Origin: an uncultured Ruminococcus sp.
Lineage (GTDB): Bacteria; Bacillota; Clostridia; Oscillospirales; Ruminococcaceae
Length of the DNA: 64,000 bases
Direction of reading: 5' to 3'
Assembly: GCA_900538575.1 (NCBI GenBank)
Contig: UPZA01000009.1
Span: 27,804 to 91,803, forward strand
Positions within the stretch are counted from its first letter, which is position 1. Every line of letters starts with the position of its first letter. This document shows, one piece after another, positions 57,169 through 64,000 of the stretch. A model generated the notes under the pieces. That model worked only from the letters and a program-made list of their open reading frames with translations, made no database searches and was not told where the DNA came from. A program made the translations under genes and the position numbers.

Positions 57169-59520
57169 TTATCCCATCATCTGAGAAAGCCATGAACTTT
57201 GTGAGCTCATATTTGATAAAGCGGTTTCCATCGCATTAAACTGATTCCAATATCTTTGTTTCCTCTTCTCGTAAACCATATTAAGAGATTCAAGCTTTTT
57301 AGAAATGGCATCTAATTTATCTTTTATAGTATTATCCTTTTCAGTTCCTTTGCCAATTACTCCGGCAAGAGAAACCAATGCACCCGGACTTCCTGAACTT
57401 GTGTTTGCAGCCTTGTCACATATTTTATTAAGTCTGGTTGCAAGTCCGTTTTCTCCGGTAAAAAGTTCTTTTACTCCGTTGGGATCAGTTAGCAATGCAT
57501 TTTTCAGTTTATCTTCATCAATGCTTAGTTTTCCATAATCAGACCACTGAGAGCTTGAATCTATACCTATGTTAGATAAAACATATTTCGCTCCTACTCG
57601 TGTATACATTGCAGATCTCATGCCGCTCAGAAAATCTGATATGTCTCTGTCATTTCTTAACAGACCTTCCTTAGCTTTTTCTTCCCATAGCTCTATTTCT
57701 TTTTCGGTCATCTCTTTTTTCTGTGCGTCAGTTAAAGGAGCATAAGATTTATAGGAAGCTTCCTCGTGTGTAAAGCCATTTAATTTATCAATAAGACTAT
57801 TATAATCTTCGACAAACGACTTTAAATTATCTATTATTTTATCAACATCTCGAGAAGTTGAAATTTGAGCCTTATCTTCTTTAGTGCCTGAAACAGTTTT
57901 TATTGTACCGTCGCTGTTTTCTGCAAAGCTTCCGTCTGCATTAGTAACATATGAACCGGTAGTTGACTTTAATGATATTGTAAGACCATTATAAGTAAAA
58001 TCATTATTTGCTCTTTCAACTGTTACACCGTTTATATTTACAACTGCATTTTGTCCGGCGGTTACGGTAGAGCTATCAAGATTTCCGGAAGAATCAACGG
58101 TAAAACCGAGCTTAGAAAACAGTCCCTCGTTATCACCGCTTAGATTTATATCAAAACCGGCTCCTGTCGAGTTTGATGAAATTTTAAATTTATCGCTTAA
58201 TTCGTCATAGGTAATACTAACGCCGGTATCGCTTGAATTAATTTTATTCATTATTGTCGATACTGTATCTGCGGCCGTATATTCTATTTCCTTGCCGTTT
58301 AATGTGAATGAATATTTTGTATCTGTATCCGTTTCATCACCGATACCTAATTTACCTATAGTATCTGTTCTTACAATCTGGTTTGAAGCTGTCGTAGTCC
58401 CGCTTGAAAAGCCTATTGCCTCCATAGTTTCAGAATTAGCAGACAAAGTCAGATTTCTTCCTGTCCCCGCTACTGAAATTTTCCAAATACCGCCATCGTT
58501 TGTAAACTGTACTGAACTGCCAAACACCGATTGTACTTTATCTCTGAAATCGCTCATCGATTCGTTTTCGTTTACAGCTATTGATTTTTTTACTCCGTCT
58601 AGAGTAATGTCAACATATCCGTTAATATTTCCCACTTCAGCAAACTTGGTATTTACAGAGGCTGATTCAAGTTCATATTTCCCGGAAATTTCATTACCAT
58701 CGTCGTCCTTGGCAGCGGCAGATTTAATTGTTCCGCTGAATCCTAATATTGATAATCCTGCTGAAGAACCTGAAATTTCAAATTCCGAATCTGATTCAAA
58801 AGTTATATTTTTAATTCTTTCTTCAGTGGACGTATTAACGTTTCCGGTATATTCATTGTTGTCTTTGTCATAATATTTGCCGTCCGTATATGTCAGCTCA
58901 TTGCCGTCGTCATCTTTATATATCGTAACGTTTTCCTTTTCGGCTTTTGCAAAATCTGCTAAACCAATAGCAGAATTAATGCGGCCGCAAATATCATCGG
59001 CTGTAACGGCGCCCTTCAAATCTACTGAAACAGATCTGTCGCCTATTTTTATATCAATATTTCTGTTGTATTCAAAACTGTCAGATTTTGAAGTTGAGGT
59101 GGAAATTTCACCTGTTCCAACTTTATCTGATGTTACACTGGAGGCAGTAGCCAGTCTGGCAATCTGCATGCTGAAATCACCGTCTAAAGCGTTATTTCCG
59201 ACAGTAACCTCCGCAGCGGAAGACGAACTTGAAGTTTTCATGGAATTATAAAAGGATTCAAGTCTTAAGCACGAATCAGAGGCAAGGTTAAAATATTTCG
59301 CCTGAAAATTATTTATATCTGAAATAATGTCCCTGTATATTTCCTGCTTCCACAGAAGCTGCTGTTTGGCTTGATTCTGCTTATCTATTTTGGCTTGTGT
59401 TCCTGAAAGCATACTCTGAACAAGACTTTCAGTATCCATCTGAGATATCAAGCCGGACATGCCTTTATTGCTGTAAGCGGCATTAGTATATGTACTTGAA
59501 TCGCTTGAGCTTACATTCAT
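57169..59520 (-). CDS. fliD: Flagellar filament capping protein FliD (long variant, 783 aa)
   Basis: Conserved FliD N-terminus (GLISQMDTESLVQSMLSGTQAKIDKQNQ) and C-terminus (RYWNQFNAMETALSNMSSQSSWLSQM); expanded Thr/Ser/Gly/Asp-rich middle with repeated DDDGNE-like motifs. Confidence 0.85.
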   Translation of the reverse strand: MNVSSSDSSTYTNAAYSNKGMSGLISQMDTESLVQSMLSGTQAKIDKQNQAKQQLLWKQEIYRDIISDINNFQAKYFNLASDSCLRLESFYNSMKTSSSSSAAEVTVGNNALDGDFSMQIARLATASSVTSDKVGTGEISTSTSKSDSFEYNRNIDIKIGDRSVSVDLKGAVTADDICGRINSAIGLADFAKAEKENVTIYKDDDGNELTYTDGKYYDKDNNEYTGNVNTSTEERIKNITFESDSEFEISGSSAGLSILGFSGTIKSAAAKDDDGNEISGKYELESASVNTKFAEVGNINGYVDITLDGVKKSIAVNENESMSDFRDKVQSVFGSSVQFTNDGGIWKISVAGTGRNLTLSANSETMEAIGFSSGTTTASNQIVRTDTIGKLGIGDETDTDTKYSFTLNGKEIEYTAADTVSTIMNKINSSDTGVSITYDELSDKFKISSNSTGAGFDINLSGDNEGLFSKLGFTVDSSGNLDSSTVTAGQNAVVNINGVTVERANNDFTYNGLTISLKSTTGSYVTNADGSFAENSDGTIKTVSGTKEDKAQISTSRDVDKIIDNLKSFVEDYNSLIDKLNGFTHEEASYKSYAPLTDAQKKEMTEKEIELWEEKAKEGLLRNDRDISDFLSGMRSAMYTRVGAKYVLSNIGIDSSSQWSDYGKLSIDEDKLKNALLTDPNGVKELFTGENGLATRLNKICDKAANTSSGSPGALVSLAGVIGKGTEKDNTIKDKLDAISKKLESLNMVYEKRKQRYWNQFNAMETALSNMSSQSSWLSQMMG

Positions 59521-59586
59521 AAAAATATCCTCCTCAAAAATTTATTCCTTAATTAATATATCGTAAGAAAGCTGAAAAAATAAAGC

Positions 59587-60057
59587 CTAAATACTTTTTT
59601 TATTTTCAGGAAAGAAAAACTTTTTTCCTCCTGACAAACCTGCCCCTGCATATTTGGCCGCCTTTGCGTTTTGTCCTGAATTATTCTTCTTGATTTTATT
59701 CATAAGATCATTTTTTAAAATTATGATACGTTCAGTTATTTGAGGTTCCATTCCTGAAACTCTAAAAGCAATACTGTTAAATTTCTGCCTTAGGTCAAAA
59801 ACTCTCATTCCGGATTCATCAAGCTCATTTCTGGCACATTTGTTTTTATAAGCCGCTGAAATAATTGGCGAATCTATGCATTCATCCGATATCTGTTTAT
59901 CAAGTTCGGTTATAATTTCAGATAAGGTTTGTCTTTTCTCAGTATAACCGAGAATATCGTCTACAGGACAATCAAGCATTTGCTTTGTTATATTTTCATA
60001 TTTAACCATTAGCTTGTTTATTTGCTCTTGCTTTTCAATTATAAGATTTATATCCAT
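59587..60057 (-). CDS. FlaG-like small flagellar protein (hypothetical)
   Basis: 156-aa ORF immediately upstream of fliD, the position held by flaG in Bacillus; RBS AAGGAG; no strong sequence signature. Confidence 0.35.
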   Translation of the reverse strand: MDINLIIEKQEQINKLMVKYENITKQMLDCPVDDILGYTEKRQTLSEIITELDKQISDECIDSPIISAAYKNKCARNELDESGMRVFDLRQKFNSIAFRVSGMEPQITERIIILKNDLMNKIKKNNSGQNAKAAKYAGAGLSGGKKFFFPENKKSI

Positions 60058-60072
60058 TAATAATTTCTCCTT

Positions 60073-60107
60073 AAAAATTGCTTTTTTCCTGCCGATATGC
60101 TATAATA
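60073..60107 (+). promoter_or_regulatory. Overlapping sigmaD (sigma-28)-type and sigmaA-type promoters for the gene at 60146
   Basis: TAAA (60073-60076), 15 nt, GCCGATAT (60092-60099) matches the Bacillus sigmaD consensus exactly; superimposed TTGCTT (60079-60084), 17 nt, TATAAT (60102-60107). Confidence 0.5.
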
Positions 60108-60145
60108 TTTTAGATATTTAAAATGTTATTAAGGGGTAATACCGC

Positions 60146-60781
60146 ATGTTTCCGTCAAATTGCAAAGCAATTTTAAAAACATTAGATGATAATATAATTG
60201 AATATGGCCAGGCAACAGTTTCTTTAAAAGACAAATTTGCCGAATTTTCCGCTCAATTTGTCCCGCTTCTGAAAATAGCAACAGAAGCAAAAATAATTTG
60301 TATGGAAGGAGCCGTATCTACACATATAATTACGGGAAAGGTATATCTTTCTTCTAAAAATCTGCTTAGACTGGTTTCAATCAAATGCACTCTGATACCC
60401 GGCGCTGAAAACGTACTTGAAACTCCAACATTTATAAGAGCTAAAATTTACAAACCTATTTTAAAAAGCGGTATATTCAATAAAAATAAAATTGTATATA
60501 AATGGGACGAATGTACCGTAACTTCCGTTTCAATGAAAAGCGTTTCTTTCAGAAGCTCAAGGATTATGTGTGAATATGAAGATCAGATAAAGCTAAAAAT
60601 CGGAAATCCTATTTTTTCAAAAGAAACAGAATTAAATCTGCAAATATTATCCAACGGACTAATGTTTGGTAAGAATTCTAAATACTGTTATAAAATTCTT
60701 AAAATTAAGGAACGTGAGCAAACCGAGCTCGCTGAATATATAAAGCTCGGGTGTCTTGAAATGTTAAAATATATTTGTTAA
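60146..60781 (+). CDS. Hypothetical 211-aa protein with a sigmaD-type promoter (possible YcgR/PilZ-like; weak)
   Basis: ORF convergent with csrA, stops overlap by 4 nt; C-terminal FRSSRI ... LSNGLMFG segments are only loosely PilZ-like. Confidence 0.4.
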   Translation: MFPSNCKAILKTLDDNIIEYGQATVSLKDKFAEFSAQFVPLLKIATEAKIICMEGAVSTHIITGKVYLSSKNLLRLVSIKCTLIPGAENVLETPTFIRAKIYKPILKSGIFNKNKIVYKWDECTVTSVSMKSVSFRSSRIMCEYEDQIKLKIGNPIFSKETELNLQILSNGLMFGKNSKYCYKILKIKEREQTELAEYIKLGCLEMLKYIC

Positions 60782-61011
60782 TGCTTATCATCAAGATCGG
60801 ACAGTAAATTAAACAGTTTTTTAGGATTAACTCCTAATACGGCGTCTTTATTGCTTTCGACCGTCTGACGAAGCTCGCTTCTGAGTATTTTAACATTCTG
60901 CGGCGCGTTTATCCCGATTTTTACCTTGTCTCCGTTCACTTCAATAATTTTAATTTCAATTTCTTCATTAATTATAAGCGCTTCGCCGGATTTTCTTGAT
61001 AAAATAAGCAT
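60778..61011 (-). CDS. csrA: Carbon storage regulator CsrA
   Basis: MLILSRKSGEALIINEEIEIKIIEVNGDKVKIGINAPQNVKILRSEL; translationally coupled to fliW (1-nt overlap). Confidence 0.9.
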   Translation of the reverse strand: MLILSRKSGEALIINEEIEIKIIEVNGDKVKIGINAPQNVKILRSELRQTVESNKDAVLGVNPKKLFNLLSDLDDKH

Positions 61012-61442
61012 TATTTCAGCTCCTTTCCGGCTTTGAAAAGCTGATATCGGATTGGATAATCATCTTCAAGAATAATTTGCATAGCCTTATTGTTCTTTAA
61101 ATTAATAATAACAGGACTTTTAAGATTTACCGTACTTTCCCTGAAATCATCTTTAACAACCATTATAAGCCAATATTCATATTCTCCCAAACCTATAATC
61201 TTTTCCGCTTCATTCTTACAGTTGGGATTATAATTGTTCAACGTTAAAAGAGGATTAGCTATTATAAAGCACAAATTCGGTTCCTGTGTGGACTGAAGCC
61301 AAGCATATTCTCCATTAAAATCATTATCGTAAAGCATAATAAAATCAGTAAAATTTTCGAATCCGAATATTGGCTGTTCAAATTTTATTATATCGCATTC
61401 ATTTATGTCAACTTCTCCAAAATCTCTTGTTAAGACTTTCAT
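61011..61442 (-). CDS. fliW: Flagellar assembly factor FliW
   Basis: 143 aa with the conserved FliW N-terminus (FEQPIFGFENFTDF) upstream of csrA. Confidence 0.85.
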   Translation of the reverse strand: MKVLTRDFGEVDINECDIIKFEQPIFGFENFTDFIMLYDNDFNGEYAWLQSTQEPNLCFIIANPLLTLNNYNPNCKNEAEKIIGLGEYEYWLIMVVKDDFRESTVNLKSPVIINLKNNKAMQIILEDDYPIRYQLFKAGKELK

Positions 61443-61473
61443 TTTATACCTCTCATAAATTTGTTATAAAACA

Positions 61474-61509
61474 GGACCGTTCAATTTTAAATATATTTTT
61501 GAACAGTCC
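61474..61509 (-). promoter_or_regulatory. Hairpin between the yviE-like gene and fliW (possible attenuator/processing site)
   Basis: GGACCGTTCAA / TTGAACAGTCC (11-bp stem, one mismatch, 14-nt loop) followed by UGUUUUAU on the minus transcript. Confidence 0.35.
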
Positions 61510-61516
61510 CATAATT

Positions 61517-62107
61517 TTATTTTTCTTCATATTCCGGATCAGAGCTTGGCGGTACATAGTTAAATCCGCCTAAATATTCAATTTTCACATCAGCAAGCTG
61601 TTTTATCTCAAGAGTTATACTGCTTGGAATAAATTCCATTTCGCGGGCAGATTTTTTCCAGTCAAGATCAACTTTGCTTCTTCTGACAGAAATTTTCGAA
61701 ATTGCCGGTTCCCATGACATATCGATTTTTTCAGTAGGAATAGCTCCGATATTTGTATCAATTGTAATATTGCTTAATGATTTTTGTTTCATGAACTGCG
61801 CAATAGTCATACCGGGCTTAACCATGGAATTTCCCATATTTACATAATCTGAAGTAACTTTATTAGCCGTTTCCTGAGTTTTAACAGGAGCTTCCTTTGA
61901 AACATCGGCAATACTTTTCATTCCCATGCTTCTTCGCATAGCAGATGAATCCATCCTGACTTTTGCGTTTTCTGTCTGCAAATTTATTGCCGCAGGCGTA
62001 GTATGCTGACTGAGTTTCGCAGGCTCAATTTGCGGAGCAGTTAATTTAGCGTTCTGAATATTTAAGTCATACTCAAGAGGAATTGTTGTGATTTTTAATA
62101 ATTGCAT
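61517..62107 (-). CDS. YviE-like hypothetical flagellar-locus protein
   Basis: Sits between flgL and fliW as yviE does in Bacillus; start set at MQLLKI (GGGAGG RBS); no known domain. Confidence 0.5.
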   Translation of the reverse strand: MQLLKITTIPLEYDLNIQNAKLTAPQIEPAKLSQHTTPAAINLQTENAKVRMDSSAMRRSMGMKSIADVSKEAPVKTQETANKVTSDYVNMGNSMVKPGMTIAQFMKQKSLSNITIDTNIGAIPTEKIDMSWEPAISKISVRRSKVDLDWKKSAREMEFIPSSITLEIKQLADVKIEYLGGFNYVPPSSDPEYEEK

Positions 62108-62151
62108 AATTAACACCTCCCTTAAATTAAATATCATAAATAACTAAAATA

Positions 62152-63189
62152 TTAGTTAATATAATCCATCAACGACTGAGGTATAACCTTTCCGCCGTAC
62201 TGTAGTGTTAAAAGCCATGAATATTCAAGACTTTTCTGATTAATCAGTTCATCGGTATCCTTGATATACTCAAGATTGTTTTGTATTTCTGTTAAAACGT
62301 ATTCTTCATCCTCAAGACGTCCGGTATGATTTTCAAGGTAATTGGTTCTCACCCCAACGTCGGCAATCTGTGTTACCAGATTATCAACAGTTTTTCTCAA
62401 ATGATCGTTTAATGCGCCGAGCTTATCAAAATCCTTTTCTTCAAGACATTTTGACATTTCGTCTAACAGCTCATACGCATTGTTCGGAGCTTCAATTGTG
62501 TGTTCTTCATTTGTATTAATATCTTTATAGGTTATCTCAGTAGTTCCGTATCCAAGGCAATCAAGCCCGGAAACAGACATATTAAATGCGGAACGAGGAT
62601 CAACGGCTCCGTTTTTTACAGTAAGTCCTATACCAATATCAATGTATATACTATCACTAAACGGAACTTTTTCTCCGTTTGAAGTAAATTTTCCGTCTGT
62701 TTTTTCTATACTATTTACGTTTACGCCGTTATAGAAAAGCTCTCCGTCTTTTACTTCAAAAGGAGCAGATTGGTTATTGGTTCCGCCTAATATGTATGTA
62801 TCGTTATATTTGCAATTTGCAAATTCTACAATCTGGTTCTTTAATGAATCAAAGTTTATTGAAAAGATATTGGAAACAGAATCATTGGTTCCGTTTAAAG
62901 CTTTGATTGTCTGTTCATGCACAGAATTTAAAATATCTTCAAGCGACATCATATTGCTTTCTGCAACAGTCAAGCTTTCGCTTGCTTTCTTTACATTGCT
63001 TTGGATCTGTTCGTTTTTGTACATCTGCGTCCTGATACCAAGCGCCCGTGTTCCTGCGGAAACATTTTCAGACATTTTTGTAAATTCTCGTCCTGTCTGA
63101 AGACGTGTACCGGATTCATTCAGCAAGGATAAGTTATTATTAAGATTAATAAGATAATTTCTTGTCATTGCATTATTTGTAACTCTCAT
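62152..63189 (-). CDS. flgL: Flagellar hook-associated protein 3 (FlgL)
   Basis: Flagellin-like N-terminal (MRVTNNAMTRNYLINLNNNLSLL) and C-terminal helices; 345 aa. Confidence 0.85.
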   Translation of the reverse strand: MRVTNNAMTRNYLINLNNNLSLLNESGTRLQTGREFTKMSENVSAGTRALGIRTQMYKNEQIQSNVKKASESLTVAESNMMSLEDILNSVHEQTIKALNGTNDSVSNIFSINFDSLKNQIVEFANCKYNDTYILGGTNNQSAPFEVKDGELFYNGVNVNSIEKTDGKFTSNGEKVPFSDSIYIDIGIGLTVKNGAVDPRSAFNMSVSGLDCLGYGTTEITYKDINTNEEHTIEAPNNAYELLDEMSKCLEEKDFDKLGALNDHLRKTVDNLVTQIADVGVRTNYLENHTGRLEDEEYVLTEIQNNLEYIKDTDELINQKSLEYSWLLTLQYGGKVIPQSLMDYIN

Positions 63190-63206
63190 TTAAAGACCTC
63201 CGTACG

Positions 63207-64000
63207 CTATATCGCCATTTGATTTATAACTACGTCAAGCAGACCGTCCATAACCGTCATCATTCTGGCCGCCGCCTGAAATGCTCTGTTATATGTCATC
63301 ATATTCACGGTTTCTTCACTCTCGCTAACACCCGATATTTCATCTCTGCTGTTCTGAATTTCATTTATCATTGACAATGACGATTTATAACGTCCTTCCG
63401 CATACGAATTGTCACTGCCGAGGGTTCCAGTATAATCAGCGACAAATTCCTGAAAAGTTCCAGTGAATTTATCACTTGCAGACTCAAACGAATGCTTGTC
63501 TTTGGTAAGCTTGTTTATTAGCTCAAGAAGACTTGTATTATCAGTACTGTTATTCTTATCGATCAGATAAGAAGAATCGTTCATAAGATCGCTTGTTATA
63601 TTTATATTTTCCGCTGTTGTCAGCATATCAGGAAACACGTCGTATCCCGTTTCAGACTCGACAGTTTCGCCCACAAGCTTTTTATAGCTTAAAACATTTC
63701 CGTCCGCATCAACCTCATCCGGTATTGTATTATTAAGAACGACCGTAAGCTGAGAGGCAAAAGCGTCAAGTTTATCCTGATAATATAAAAATCCATTTAC
63801 AGTGGATTCTGTTGACGAAGTAGCCCCTAATCCCCTACCGTTTATTATATCTGCGGCGGCTTTAAAGATACCCGTATCTTTGGCTGCGTTTTCACCGTTG
63901 CTTTTCCAGTTTACCTGAACAGTGCCGTTATTGTTCGACTGATAATTTATAGTATCATATTCTGTTCCCCAAACGCATTTATGACCGTTAAGCTCGACAG
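63207..64000 (-). CDS. flgK: Flagellar hook-associated protein 1 (FlgK), C-terminal part (gene continues past the window end)
   Basis: C-terminus MMTYNRAFQAAARMMTVMDGLLDVVINQMAI is typical of FlgK; the reading frame stays open upstream of the track's GTG at 63674. Confidence 0.7.
   Translation of the reverse strand, partial: VELNGHKCVWGTEYDTINYQSNNNGTVQVNWKSNGENAAKDTGIFKAAADIINGRGLGATSSTESTVNGFLYYQDKLDAFASQLTVVLNNTIPDEVDADGNVLSYKKLVGETVESETGYDVFPDMLTTAENINITSDLMNDSSYLIDKNNSTDNTSLLELINKLTKDKHSFESASDKFTGTFQEFVADYTGTLGSDNSYAEGRYKSSLSMINEIQNSRDEISGVSESEETVNMMTYNRAFQAAARMMTVMDGLLDVVINQMAI

Noticed and set aside
60146-60781. Confident PilZ-domain or flagellin assignment for the gene convergent with csrA
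   Set aside because: Only loose RxxR ... (N)G motifs, without the canonical RxxxR and D/NxSxGG spacing, and no flagellin N- or C-terminal helices. I keep it as a hypothetical protein with a sigmaD-type promoter.
1-64000. CRISPR arrays, tRNA or rRNA genes, IS elements, tandem repeats
   Set aside because: No direct-repeat/spacer periodicity, no GC-rich tRNA-like islands (the only GC-rich intergenic island is the THF riboswitch), no transposase-like ORFs and no extended tandem repeats were seen.

Overview
This is a low-GC (about 30%) Firmicute, Clostridia-like chromosomal segment. Almost all of it is coding, and I found no rRNA, tRNA, CRISPR array or IS element.

The layout is as follows.

- 1-11.8 kb: a complete Gram-positive type IV pilus locus. 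It holds the 3' end of pilC, a fused pilM-pilN, pilO, a 947-aa PilX_N-type minor pilin, two pseudopilins, an antisense pilD, pilB, pilT and two major pilins.
- 11.8-13.9 kb: a small module of zinc-ribbon proteins and a GNAT acetyltransferase.
- 13.9-28.4 kb: housekeeping genes (valS, a topoisomerase IV-like parE/parC pair, a Na/Pi-PhoU transporter, an RHH-protein-clpB operon, prs and ppa).
- 28.5-34.8 kb: a MoxR-DUF58-transglutaminase triad of the yeaC-yeaD-yebA type, followed by a convergent P-loop ATPase and GNAT.
- 34.9-56.5 kb: pduL, an AT-rich Xer-like tyrosine recombinase, and a long minus-strand run from trxB and pnp-rpsO through a THF-riboswitch-controlled folT, pfkA, dnaE, whiA, rapZ, murB, hprK and hemW to lepA.
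- 56.7-64 kb: a late flagellar locus with fliS, fliD, a flaG-like gene, csrA, fliW, a yviE-like gene, flgL and flgK. A convergent gene with a sigmaD-type promoter sits where flagellin would normally be.

Many genes carry near-perfect TTGACA-17-TATAAT (often TGn-extended) promoters and clear hairpin-plus-U terminators. Promoter-like hexamers arise easily in AT-rich DNA, so I have treated these as predictions.

No single stretch stands out as a new system. The best candidates are listed in the findings:

- the atypical type IV pilus architecture with a giant minor pilin;
- the flagellin-slot replacement that overlaps csrA;
- the RHH-clpB operon, which lacks CtsR and CIRCE operators;
- the double zinc-ribbon membrane module;
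- the valS leader attenuator, which has no T-box.
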